Source: Bellilinea caldifistulae (GTDB lineage: Bacteria; Chloroflexota; Anaerolineae; Anaerolineales; Anaerolineaceae). Taken from it: a DNA stretch of 32,000 nt. A program made the position numbers and the translations under genes. The stretch is taken from NCBI RefSeq assembly GCF_001306055.1, contig NZ_LGHJ01000029.1:1-32000 (forward strand), given 5' to 3'. The notes under the pieces are model-generated. The model was not told the origin of the DNA, searched no databases, and saw only the letters and a list, made by a program, of their open reading frames with translations. Every line of letters begins with the position of its first letter. Position 1 is the stretch's first letter. This document shows, one piece after another, positions 1-9,152 of this stretch.

Positions 1-40
1 ATGATCCTTTGCCGGTTTCTTCGAAACGCTGCTTTTCCAT
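1..40 (-). CDS. Possible 5' end of a divergently transcribed gene running off the window (MEKQRFEETGKGS...)
   Basis: Reverse complement of 1-40 reads ATG GAA AAG CAG CGT TTC GAA GAA ACC GGC AAA GGA TCA. A GGAG lies 9 nt upstream (reverse complement of 50-53). Only 13 codons are visible, so no family call is possible. The competing reading is a plus-strand ORF ending at 150-152. Confidence 0.25.
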   Translation of the reverse strand, partial: MEKQRFEETGKGS

Positions 41-148
41 CCCGCTGATCTCCAAAGTGGTTTGGTTCGATTGTATTAAGGTTTTCCCCTTTTCGTCAAT
101 CCCAGTTGTTTGTTTTTCAACAATCTCCGGTATTGATGATGGTGAAAG

Positions 149-649
149 ATGATTCGCGTTGGTATTATTACCATTTCTGACAGAAGTTTTCGAGGTGAGC
201 GGGATGACCTTTCGGGACCAGCCCTGGCGAACCGGGTCAAAAGCGCTGGTTTTTGTGTCGTTTCCACCACTATCCTTGCTGATGAGTTAGATCAGATCAA
301 ATCATGCCTGATCGAATGGTGCGACTCGGGTAATTTTGACCTGATCCTGACAACAGGCGGCACGGGTTTTGCGCCGCGGGATATTACCCCCGAAGCCACA
401 TTGGCCGTCCTGGAAAAAAGTGCCCCCGGCATTGCTGAAGCAATGCGAGCCCAAAGTTTGAAAATCACCCCTCATGCCATGCTCTCCCGTCAACAAGCCG
501 GCATAAGAAAGAAAACGCTCATTATTAATTTACCTGGCAGCCCCAAAGGAGCAGTTGAAAACCTCGAGGTTGTACTACCGGTGATCCCCCACGCCATTGA
601 ATTGCTGCAGGAGAACCCTGCGGCAGAGAAAGGACATCAAAAAACATAA
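149..649 (+). CDS. mogA: MoaB/MogA-family molybdenum cofactor biosynthesis protein (molybdopterin adenylyltransferase)
   Basis: 166 aa. Family signatures LILTTGGTGFAPRD and INLPGSPKGA. GGTGA Shine-Dalgarno-like sequence just upstream of the ATG. Confidence 0.85.
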   Translation: MIRVGIITISDRSFRGERDDLSGPALANRVKSAGFCVVSTTILADELDQIKSCLIEWCDSGNFDLILTTGGTGFAPRDITPEATLAVLEKSAPGIAEAMRAQSLKITPHAMLSRQQAGIRKKTLIINLPGSPKGAVENLEVVLPVIPHAIELLQENPAAEKGHQKT

Positions 650-663
650 GAGGAAAGTGAACT

Positions 664-861
664 ATGGCAGAACATAATACCGAGTTACGCAATGGTCATA
701 AACGCACTACCGTAAAGTTGGATCCAGGCGAAAGCGTAGCCCTTTGCCGATGCTTCCAATCAAAAGAATTTCCTTTTTGTGATGGTACTCATAAAACATT
801 GGATAGCGATTTAGGTCCAGTAATTGTTCAGGCGCCCAAACCGTCAGAAACAACAAAATAG
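664..861 (+). CDS. CDGSH-type [2Fe-2S] iron-sulfur domain protein (mitoNEET-like, single domain)
   Basis: 65 aa. Exact CDGSH motif C-x-C-x2-S-x3-P-x-C-D-G-T-H (CRCFQSKEFPFCDGTH). GAGG about 10 nt upstream of the ATG. Only 14 nt after the mogA stop. Confidence 0.85.
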   Translation: MAEHNTELRNGHKRTTVKLDPGESVALCRCFQSKEFPFCDGTHKTLDSDLGPVIVQAPKPSETTK

Positions 862-870
862 CCCTTTTAA

Positions 871-2148
871 TTAGCGTTCGTTTTCCAGAGCTTTTTGAAG
901 ATCATCTCCATTGCGGATGATGCGCAGCGGGATTCCATAGGCTTTCAACCTTTCGAAGACCCCGCATTCCTTAGGGTGTGCACCAAAACTTGCCGGGTCT
1001 AAACCGATGACCACTGGTCTCAGGTCCTTGCGCAAAAGGATCTCTATCGCCAGTTCAAGGACTTCGGAGCAAATGGCTGTGATTATCACCACAGTACTGC
1101 CTTTGGGAATCTGGCTTGTTTGGCCCTCAATCAAGCCGGTAATGGGTAAACTCCCCTCCGGCTGTAGAAAAGCCAGGGTTTCCAGCAACTTTCCCATTTG
1201 CCTCACGCCTTTCTCGGCGGGTAAGACACTCAACGTCTGGGCTGCACAGGCAAAGCCCACCGAGCGGCCGTGCTTTAAGTAATAATCCGCAACTGATGCG
1301 GCGCAGGAAACCCCATATTCAAATGAATTTGGTGGTAATGGAATGATCAGCTTTTGGGGAATGATCCAGTAATGATTGGCTCGATCAATTCGTTGAGTGT
1401 CGGCCATTGCCGAGTGAGTGCCAGCTTGTGCATCCAGCAAAATCCATACATCCGCCTGCGGGTCTTGTTCGAATTCTTTCACCATCAAGCGGTCTTTCCG
1501 TGCCGTCGTCTTCCAATGGATTCTATTCAAGGGATCGCCGGGAGCATATTCCCGGACTCCTGCCGCATAAGGGGTAACTTCAAGGCTTTTCCGCCTTAAT
1601 GCTCTCCCCCCCGGTAATTCGCCACCCGGTTCTGGAAATTTTTGCAAATTTACCATATAGGGGAAAACTAGCAAGGTTTTATCGGCAGGTATGATTTTAT
1701 TTACTGCGAAAAATCCAAACGGATCACCCGAAATCAAAACCGTGGGCCCAAGACGAAATGCTCCTCTCTGGATCAATAATGTCCTGGAAAAATAGGAGCG
1801 GCTCTGCCTGGGACCGATACCTGAAATGACTCGGGATCCCTGTTTCTCAGGCAATGGAGATAAATCTTTAACTTCAATCCACAACCTACCGTACCATGAT
1901 TCGTTGTGGACTTCAAATCTTTCTTCAAAAATCTGCCCTACTGGCAACCTGAGCACTCGCGCACTTCGTACAACACTTAATCCGCCCAATGCCAGTACCG
2001 CCCACAAAAACGCTATGGTTATCAATGCCAGTAAAAGGTATATTATCCGATAATATACAAACACAGTTGGTTGTTGGGTTAAATAAGCCCCAACAAAGGA
2101 GCCGGCGAGCAGAAGGACGAAGATAAAAAAAGGTGAACGGATTTTCAT
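871..2148 (-). CDS. DUF58 domain protein (MoxR-associated, VWA-like), membrane-anchored by N-terminal TM helices
   Basis: 425 aa. Two hydrophobic N-terminal helices, then the DUF58 core [29 protein letters not shown]. Its start ATG overlaps the moxR stop (ATGA at 2145-2148). Confidence 0.8.
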   Translation of the reverse strand: MKIRSPFFIFVLLLAGSFVGAYLTQQPTVFVYYRIIYLLLALITIAFLWAVLALGGLSVVRSARVLRLPVGQIFEERFEVHNESWYGRLWIEVKDLSPLPEKQGSRVISGIGPRQSRSYFSRTLLIQRGAFRLGPTVLISGDPFGFFAVNKIIPADKTLLVFPYMVNLQKFPEPGGELPGGRALRRKSLEVTPYAAGVREYAPGDPLNRIHWKTTARKDRLMVKEFEQDPQADVWILLDAQAGTHSAMADTQRIDRANHYWIIPQKLIIPLPPNSFEYGVSCAASVADYYLKHGRSVGFACAAQTLSVLPAEKGVRQMGKLLETLAFLQPEGSLPITGLIEGQTSQIPKGSTVVIITAICSEVLELAIEILLRKDLRPVVIGLDPASFGAHPKECGVFERLKAYGIPLRIIRNGDDLQKALENER

Positions 2149-3122
2149 GCGGTTGAAGGCTGAAATGCAAGGTCCCCGCCCGGAACCGGCACCAGCGTAA
2201 CCAGCTCGTGAACAATCTGATCGGCGCTCAAGTTCCTCAACCTTGCTGACGGTTGAATAACCATTCGATGAGACAGGATATTTTCAGCCAATACCTTGAT
2301 ATCGTCCGGAAGCACATAATCCCTTCCATGAATAGCCGCCCTTGCCTGCCCCGCGCGGAATAAACCAAGGCTTCCTCTTGGACTTGACCCCAGGTAAACA
2401 TCTTGATTTTCACGGGTTGCCCGGGTCAATTCCACAATATATTGCCGTAAAGAACGGGATACATACACCGTTCGAATAATCTGTTGAACTTCCAGCAATT
2501 CGTCCACTTCAACAACAGGTTCCAATTCTTCGATCGGATGGCGCAATTGTTGAAGCTCCAAAATTTTCATTTCATCATAGAGAGAAGGATAACCTATTTT
2601 GATACGCATTAAGAAACGGTCTAATTGTGCTTCAGGCAGTGGAAATGTACCTTCATACTCAATCGGATTCTGTGTGGCTAAAACCAAGAATGGAACAGGC
2701 AACGGGTAGGTAACACCATCCACAGTAACCTGACGTTCCTCCATTGCCTCCAACAACGCTGACTGTGTTTTTGGAGTGGCGCGGTTAATTTCATCTGCCA
2801 GGACAATTTGCGCCATGATCGGTCCCGGTCGAAATTCAAACTCTCGGGTAACCTGATTGAAGATGGAAACTCCAGTGACATCACTCGGTAGCATATCCGG
2901 TGTAAATTGGATGCGGCTGAATTTTACCCCAAGGCTCTTTGCCAGGCTTCGGGCTAAAATTGTTTTACCAACTCCCGGCACATCATCAATCAAGAGATGC
3001 CCCTGACAAAGCAGGCTAATAATGACCATTTCAAGGGTATGTGTTTTACCCACAATGACTTTTTCCAGATTTTCCATAACCCGTTTTGAAAAGGATTGAA
3101 CTTTTTCAATGTTCTGATTCAT
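2145..3122 (-). CDS. moxR: MoxR-family AAA+ ATPase
   Basis: 325 aa. Walker [10 protein letters not shown], Walker B/sensor region [24 protein letters not shown]-terminal lid with SSPRGS. Classic MoxR-DUF58 gene order. Confidence 0.9.
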   Translation of the reverse strand: MNQNIEKVQSFSKRVMENLEKVIVGKTHTLEMVIISLLCQGHLLIDDVPGVGKTILARSLAKSLGVKFSRIQFTPDMLPSDVTGVSIFNQVTREFEFRPGPIMAQIVLADEINRATPKTQSALLEAMEERQVTVDGVTYPLPVPFLVLATQNPIEYEGTFPLPEAQLDRFLMRIKIGYPSLYDEMKILELQQLRHPIEELEPVVEVDELLEVQQIIRTVYVSRSLRQYIVELTRATRENQDVYLGSSPRGSLGLFRAGQARAAIHGRDYVLPDDIKVLAENILSHRMVIQPSARLRNLSADQIVHELVTLVPVPGGDLAFQPSTA

Positions 3123-3132
3123 TCAGTGCTCC

Positions 3133-5460
3133 TCACCGAAATTTGATTGCCATTACAACCGTGATTAGACAAAATATCAAAGTGCCCAAACTGGCCCAAA
3201 GAACAAGAGGAAATGCAGTTGGAAGATACCGGAAGGTTATAATGTGATTTCCAGCAGGAACACATACACCTTTAAACAGATAATCAACTCGTTCAACCGA
3301 AGCGCTTTGTCCATCAATGGTTGCATCCCATCCCGGATACCAGCTGTCAGCAAAACGAAGCCAGCCGGTGGAATTGGTTCTTACAGCAACTTCAATCAAG
3401 TTGACCTCATCACGCAAAACCTCAATAGTGGTATTTGCACCAATCTGATCAGATGCAATTTTACATTGATCTTCCGCCTCAACAATTATACACTCCTCAC
3501 CATCAGAAAATTCCATTTGTTGTAGAACCATTGACTTAAGAACATTTTCATCCTTTCCGGCAACTCTTTGACATGCCCTCCACATTATTCTTGATTGGGG
3601 TTGCAGAGGTATTACATGCCAATCAAGATGATTCCCTAATTGGACAACACTTCCCACCCCGATTTTCTCAAGATAATTTTGACTTTCAACGGGGACAAGA
3701 TTATTGAGCCAATCCATCCACTGGTTATAACGGTTGGTCACCAACGGATCGAAATTATTGACCATTGGAACACCAAGTAATAAATTCATATTTGGAAGAG
3801 GGAGTAATTTAATTTCATCCCAGTTCGAATTTGCATTAAAGTCACTAAACAAAAGGTATTTTTCAAATTTCAACCGATTTTCTACCGTGGACGGGATATA
3901 AATCCTTGCATGATTCTCAAGAGGTTTGGAAACAGACGCAGAAGAATTGAAGAAACTTGCTTCCATAAACGGGTTCGAATAAGCCCCTGCTACCCATAAA
4001 TCCACTACCATAATCCCAACGGCAAAACCTTCCCACAATTTTCTTCTCTTGTGGTTGAATTCACCTTCCCCTGGCGTAAATAAAGCCAGTATAGAGATCA
4101 AGAATAACAAAACCCCAAAGGTCAGGAACGAACGTATAAAGGTCTGTTCGATTTGTGGCAATACAATGCCAGCCACCATCGCCCCAATCCCCACAGCCAC
4201 ACTCGCAGCTGCTAACAAACGAAGTCTCTTAATCCCTGCCGCCGTTGGATACCCCCAGGAATGAGCTCCAAGACCGGCGAGTAAAGCCAGAGAAAAAACC
4301 GCCAACAACATCCAGCGAGTGGGAGCTTGAAACATATCAAAACCGGGGACATGGCGATATAGCCATGGAAATACCGGCGTGTTTTTCCCCAAACTTAAAA
4401 CAATCGCAAAGATAATAATCATCCAGAGGAATTTGACCATTCGCCTTTTTTCATAATCAAAATCTGCGACCGGCTTTCGGCTGAAAATTAAATTAAGTGA
4501 ATGCAAGGATAAAAGAATGGGCAGTAAACCGATGTAGAGAGCGTCCTCCCAGTACGCCCCAAAACCCCAATAATTTCCCCTACCGGGATTACCAAACAAA
4601 TCCGGCAATAAGAAACCAAGCAAACGCCATGGCCAAAGAGAATAGTTCATGGCATATTCATAATCCACTGCATCGGATCGCTGCGATTGAAGTAAATATT
4701 CAAGAGTTGGTATCAGTTGCACACTCGCAATCAAAAAAGCCAACACCATTCCCAAGGCAAAAAGGGTCACAATTTTCAGTTTTGTTTTCCACAAGGATAT
4801 TTTGGCTACGCGAAATACAATCCACGATCCAGCAAAAACAAACGAGTAAAAGGTTAATTGAGCATGACCCGCCAGCAATTGGTTTGCAGCTATCAACGCC
4901 AGCCCAATCATCCACTGCCATTGTTGAGAAAACTTTTCGGATTTGATCAACCGCTCAATCGCCCATATCAACCATGGGAGCCAGACACCAGCCCAGATCA
5001 TGCTGAAAAAAGATGCACGTGCAACAAAATACCCGCAAAAGCTGAAAGCCAGTGCCGCAATTACCTGGCCACGAGTATTGACGCCCATCTCCCTCAGAAG
5101 CAAGGCCGTGCCAATTCCAGCAATCCCCAGATGAACCGCAACCAGCAAGGTATAAGCCCACGCTAAAGCTGGCGCTCCTCCTGCCAAATAAAAGGGGTAA
5201 AGGATCCATGATAAGGGGTATAGAAAAGCCGTTTGATAATTGGCAAAAAGCGGCGCCCCCATTCCATTTAAAGGATTCCAGAAGGGAAAGACACCCTCGC
5301 TCAATAATGCATAACCATAAGTCCGCCAAGGGATAAACTGAAGCCCGGCAGTCCCCCAAAAAATCACCTTCCCTTCAAGCAGCGGAATCAGGAAAAGTAT
5401 AAACGGAGCAAGAAAAACAAACCCATAAACCAGATTACCGCTTTTACAAAGAAGTTTCAT
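3133..5460 (-). CDS. YfhO-family polytopic membrane protein (GT-C-type glycosyltransferase candidate), copy B1
   Basis: 775 aa with many TM helices. N-terminal FPFWNPLNGMGAPLFANYQ..YP motif. C-terminal WYPGWDATIDGQSASVERVDYLFKGVCVPAGNHIITFRY followed by a terminal TM helix. I recognise this as the YfhO architecture. Confidence 0.75.
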   Translation of the reverse strand: MKLLCKSGNLVYGFVFLAPFILFLIPLLEGKVIFWGTAGLQFIPWRTYGYALLSEGVFPFWNPLNGMGAPLFANYQTAFLYPLSWILYPFYLAGGAPALAWAYTLLVAVHLGIAGIGTALLLREMGVNTRGQVIAALAFSFCGYFVARASFFSMIWAGVWLPWLIWAIERLIKSEKFSQQWQWMIGLALIAANQLLAGHAQLTFYSFVFAGSWIVFRVAKISLWKTKLKIVTLFALGMVLAFLIASVQLIPTLEYLLQSQRSDAVDYEYAMNYSLWPWRLLGFLLPDLFGNPGRGNYWGFGAYWEDALYIGLLPILLSLHSLNLIFSRKPVADFDYEKRRMVKFLWMIIIFAIVLSLGKNTPVFPWLYRHVPGFDMFQAPTRWMLLAVFSLALLAGLGAHSWGYPTAAGIKRLRLLAAASVAVGIGAMVAGIVLPQIEQTFIRSFLTFGVLLFLISILALFTPGEGEFNHKRRKLWEGFAVGIMVVDLWVAGAYSNPFMEASFFNSSASVSKPLENHARIYIPSTVENRLKFEKYLLFSDFNANSNWDEIKLLPLPNMNLLLGVPMVNNFDPLVTNRYNQWMDWLNNLVPVESQNYLEKIGVGSVVQLGNHLDWHVIPLQPQSRIMWRACQRVAGKDENVLKSMVLQQMEFSDGEECIIVEAEDQCKIASDQIGANTTIEVLRDEVNLIEVAVRTNSTGWLRFADSWYPGWDATIDGQSASVERVDYLFKGVCVPAGNHIITFRYLPTAFPLVLWASLGTLIFCLITVVMAIKFR

Positions 5461-5473
5461 TCGATAACTTTCC

Positions 5474-7063
5474 TTAATTTTTAATTATTGGACTAACCTT
5501 GTAGATGATATATTTGCTGTTTTCCGTAATTTTATTTAGAAATTCCATTTCTGAACCCGGTTTCATGAACCTCGGAGTTTTCGACTTACTTAAAATCCAG
5601 TAGTCCACCTGTTCCTCCTTCAAGAATTTAAAAAATTCAAGCGAATTACCTTTTAAAAATAAAAGATCCACTTGTTCTCTGATCAGTTTAGCTCGAATAC
5701 TTTCCGGGCCGTGGCCGATAATCACGCGAACTGGAGCATGCGCTGGAAGTAATGTGGATATTTCCCAATCTGCAAGAACCACAGACTGTTCTGGTATTAA
5801 TTTTCTTACACTTTCAAATAATTGGACTTCTTCCTTATGCAGGTAGAGGGGAAAAGCCTTTGCAGAAATAACGTCCAATGATCCAGCGAGAAGAGTAAAT
5901 GTGGTAACAAAATTTATCAAATACCAGGACACCCAAAGTTTTCCTAAACGATTTCTAATATGGATTAACCCGTTGATTGCCAGGATACTTAACACAACAA
6001 AACTGCCCTCCGCTAAACGTCTTTGGAGAAGATATGGAGCATATATAAGAAATGGAAGAAGGCAAGTCCATGTAATTAATAGACGGAATTTCGGCCGGGT
6101 GTTGTTATTGAGGATACCCACAATCGCAAAAGGGATGATTAAACCGTAAGCCAGGAAATACTCAATCACCGGTGGGGAAAGAATGACATTTTGAGACTGC
6201 CACGCTTTTAAAAACGGATCGAGACGAAAGGCAACGAAAGTATATATCACCAGAGGGGAAGAAACCAAAACGATCACGATCAACTTCAACATGTGATCAT
6301 GTAGATACTTCTTTAAATCATTAAAACCTCTCCTACTGGCCAGGACCAACTCAACCAAGTTGTAAGCAGAGAGAATCAACCAGCCAATAGGTACAGTAAG
6401 GGGTTGCATAAAAGCCAGCAGATTCCACAAAACCCCAATGATCACACTTTCCTTCAGGGAGTTGTTTGAATTACTTTCCAGGAATTTTGCTAAACCTATA
6501 AATAAAAAGCCTCTGGCCCAAACCAAATGAGGAATTGAAAGAAAAGATAAAAAACCAAAGGTTTCAGGCGAATAAAACTCTAATGGCAGGTATGACCATA
6601 TCTTATTCAATCCCAAAAAATACAAAAATCCAAGCCCTCCTCCAAATGTAGATAAAATCAACGCTAAAAATCGGCCTGGTGTTTCCCGAATAAAAATTGA
6701 GGCAAACCGATAAACTGCATAAAGACAAAAACCAATGCCCACGATACGAAACAAATGGAAAAGAAATATTCTTGTGTGATAGTCGCCATCAGAACCCACC
6801 AATTTTCCTAAAAGGAGATATGGGAAGAATGCCAAAAAACCTTTTTGCGGAAAGGCAGTATATGGGGTTTTGAAGAGCCAGGCCCCTTTTGCCCCCGCTA
6901 ACATTTTTGCCAGATAAGAATTTCCATCTTCTACCCCAATTAATAGACCTGTGTAAAAAAAATCATTGCTCGAATTAAGCCAGCCAACTAAATAAGGAAA
7001 AGACGTAATCACAGCTATTATTAGCCAAGATAAAGAAAGACCAATCTTTTCACTTTTCTTCAT
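5474..7063 (-). CDS. Unassigned ~530-aa polytopic membrane protein, copy A1 (paralog of 9149-10678; GT-C-like by inference)
   Basis: The ORF is open to 7108, but MKKSEKIG at 7063 aligns with the paralog's N-terminus and reduces the overlap with the upstream gene to 14 nt. About 12 hydrophobic segments plus a ~120-aa C-terminal soluble domain. Acidic first-loop motif GVEDGNSYLAKM. Confidence 0.6.
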   Translation of the reverse strand: MKKSEKIGLSLSWLIIAVITSFPYLVGWLNSSNDFFYTGLLIGVEDGNSYLAKMLAGAKGAWLFKTPYTAFPQKGFLAFFPYLLLGKLVGSDGDYHTRIFLFHLFRIVGIGFCLYAVYRFASIFIRETPGRFLALILSTFGGGLGFLYFLGLNKIWSYLPLEFYSPETFGFLSFLSIPHLVWARGFLFIGLAKFLESNSNNSLKESVIIGVLWNLLAFMQPLTVPIGWLILSAYNLVELVLASRRGFNDLKKYLHDHMLKLIVIVLVSSPLVIYTFVAFRLDPFLKAWQSQNVILSPPVIEYFLAYGLIIPFAIVGILNNNTRPKFRLLITWTCLLPFLIYAPYLLQRRLAEGSFVVLSILAINGLIHIRNRLGKLWVSWYLINFVTTFTLLAGSLDVISAKAFPLYLHKEEVQLFESVRKLIPEQSVVLADWEISTLLPAHAPVRVIIGHGPESIRAKLIREQVDLLFLKGNSLEFFKFLKEEQVDYWILSKSKTPRFMKPGSEMEFLNKITENSKYIIYKVSPIIKN

Positions 7064-9152
7064 GGGGCCATCGAAAAGAAAAATAAAGTACCAAACAAAG
7101 CCATGCAATAATACTTAATCCCAACCCAATAAAGACCAATCTCGGTCTAAACTCTAATTGTACGGTGTGTTCCCCGTTGGGTAAATTTATAACGGGGAAG
7201 AGATTTTCCTTCAAAGTGAAAGATACCGGTTGCCCATCCATACTAATCATCCAGCCCGGATAATAAACATGAGAAACGAATAACCGGCCCGGTCCACTGG
7301 CAGTTAGATCAAGTTTATTGGGTTGTACTTTAAGATTGTCAACAGGCAACCGTTCACCTTCATAGTCTATCCATGCTAATCCAATAAAATGGGGGTTCTC
7401 GTAAACTCGGCTTTCTGAAAACCGAGCAACCTCATTAGTCTTCAGCGCCGGAATGTCAAACTCCGACACGATAAATCGAACCCCAAGCAGGCTCATTAAT
7501 TCCAGATCCGGTGTGTAGTTTCGATTGTCTGTTTTTGGATCATCGTTCGGGAAAGGTGGGAGAGTCACGCTATAACGGTCAAGAGGTATGCCGCTTGCCC
7601 GGATAAAAAATTCCTGAAATGTGTTCAGGATCAAAGGATCCACGCCATTGACCATTTTGATATTTTGGAGCGCCGCAATATGTTGAGGAATGCTGTATGA
7701 GGGTGAATAAATTCGGAATTCACCGCTTTGTGATTTCAAGAATTCAACCACTGCCGGATTTTCGGAAAAAACCTCCGCCCGGGTTTTCCATTGAATGCTT
7801 TGCTGATTAACCAGCGATAAATCCACAATTAACAACAAGATCAATATTTTTACACCCTGAACGATCAAGTGCCTTTTACGCTCCACTAAAGCAATTAGAA
7901 AAATAACGCTCAACAGGTTGAAAAAACCCCAGATTAAGTTTGTCGATATTTTCTGCCCCAATAGAACGAAACCCAATCCAAAGAAACCCGTAAAAGCCGC
8001 AAAAGGCGTCATAAAAAAGACCGGATCTGGGCGAAACAGATTTTCTCTTTCGAGCAAGTCATGTAGACCCCACGCCGCAAGGATTGCAAATCCCATTCCC
8101 CCTAAAAAGTAAAAACGGGTGGGTACTCGCAATAAATCCATGCCGGGTAAAGTTGACAGGATTGAAAAGAATGGTAACGTATTCCCCAGGGAAAGCAGCA
8201 GGCTGAGAAGAACTACCAGCCACCAGAATGCGGTTTTCTTACGAAGGCCCGGGATGGATATTGAATAAATAGCAAGGCAAAAAACGAGAGCACCGGGGTA
8301 CAGAACCCATTCTGCAAAACCACCAAAATCCGGTATCCACAAACCTAAAATCTCTTCAAAGGGTAAAGAATTCACTGCGATGTCACTTTGATTCATTAGA
8401 GATCGCGTCGAAAGGTGGGTATATTCGAGTAATGGCAACAACAAAACCGATGCCAGCAGCAAGGCACCCGCGAAAACCAATGGAATTTCGGTAATTTGGT
8501 TGGTGATCTCGACAATGGTATTTGTTTTGCGCCTTCGAATCAGGTCATAAACCAACCATCCGGCCCACAATAAAACCGCATACGCCACCCAGCGCACATC
8601 CGCCAGAGCAATCAGCCCTAATATGCCGGCAGAGATCAGCCAGCGAGATTTATTTTGATTAGCCATTTGATTATATACAAGCCAGGGTGTCCAGCAAACG
8701 GCATAAATCAGGGTGATATGCCCGGCCGCGAAATGAGCAAACAACTTCGGCATCAATAAGAAAGCAAGCGCCCCTAAAATACTGGCTTCTCTGCGCAAAT
8801 TTTGATAAACCAGAAACCGTTTAATTCCAACGGCTCCCCAAAACAAATGGAGCATCACAAGAATGTTAAAACCAGTAGGGTATGGGAAAATGTAAGCCAG
8901 CCAACCCGGCGGATACCATAAACCTGCCAGCGGATTGGCCGCAAAGGGATAACCGCCCAAAATCAGTGTTGACCAAAAAGGAAATGTCCCATGATTTTTG
9001 ATACTATCCAGAAGATAAATAGCGTTTGGCAGATGAGTAATGGTTAAGTCTGAAAACCCCGAATATCTCGGATAAAAAAAATATTCCGCGCCGATTAGCC
9101 ATGGGATTAAGGGAATTACCAGGATTAACCACTCAAATTTTTTTCGGATCAT
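7050..9152 (-). CDS. YfhO-like polytopic membrane protein (GT-C candidate), copy B2
   Basis: 700 aa. TFPFWSTLILGGYPFAANPLAGLWYP N-terminal motif. C-terminal YYPGWMISMDGQPVSFTLKENLFPVINLPNGEHTVQLEFRP plus a terminal TM helix, parallel to B1. Its start overlaps the upstream gene's stop (ATGA at 9149-9152). Confidence 0.7.
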   Translation of the reverse strand: MIRKKFEWLILVIPLIPWLIGAEYFFYPRYSGFSDLTITHLPNAIYLLDSIKNHGTFPFWSTLILGGYPFAANPLAGLWYPPGWLAYIFPYPTGFNILVMLHLFWGAVGIKRFLVYQNLRREASILGALAFLLMPKLFAHFAAGHITLIYAVCWTPWLVYNQMANQNKSRWLISAGILGLIALADVRWVAYAVLLWAGWLVYDLIRRRKTNTIVEITNQITEIPLVFAGALLLASVLLLPLLEYTHLSTRSLMNQSDIAVNSLPFEEILGLWIPDFGGFAEWVLYPGALVFCLAIYSISIPGLRKKTAFWWLVVLLSLLLSLGNTLPFFSILSTLPGMDLLRVPTRFYFLGGMGFAILAAWGLHDLLERENLFRPDPVFFMTPFAAFTGFFGLGFVLLGQKISTNLIWGFFNLLSVIFLIALVERKRHLIVQGVKILILLLIVDLSLVNQQSIQWKTRAEVFSENPAVVEFLKSQSGEFRIYSPSYSIPQHIAALQNIKMVNGVDPLILNTFQEFFIRASGIPLDRYSVTLPPFPNDDPKTDNRNYTPDLELMSLLGVRFIVSEFDIPALKTNEVARFSESRVYENPHFIGLAWIDYEGERLPVDNLKVQPNKLDLTASGPGRLFVSHVYYPGWMISMDGQPVSFTLKENLFPVINLPNGEHTVQLEFRPRLVFIGLGLSIIAWLCLVLYFSFRWPHEEK

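Noticed and set aside
41-148. Possible Moco riboswitch or other leader RNA upstream of mogA
   Set aside because: I could not find the conserved Moco-motif elements or any convincing stem structure. The region is more simply a divergent promoter spacer.
3-152. Plus-strand open frame running from the window edge to a TGA that overlaps the mogA ATG (ATGA)
   Set aside because: The translation (DPLPVSSKRCFSIPLISKVVWFDCIKVFPFSSIPVVCFSTISGIDDGER) is Cys/Ser/Phe-rich and unlike a protein C-terminus. The minus-strand start at 40 with an upstream GGAG looks more plausible. This cannot be settled without upstream sequence.
76-270. 64-aa minus-strand ORF overlapping the mogA 5' end
   Set aside because: It lies antisense to a CDS with strong family motifs, has no recognisable motif, and has an R/S/P/K-rich low-complexity composition typical of antisense frames.
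7064-7108. Longer starts for the two A-family genes (7108 and 10738)
   Set aside because: The extensions (MHGFVWYFIFLFDGP and MSIFNCRYISSQVYFKSNSL) do not align between the paralogs. The 7108 start would create a 59-nt overlap with the upstream gene. The internal Met starts align with each other. Start-codon choice remains uncertain.
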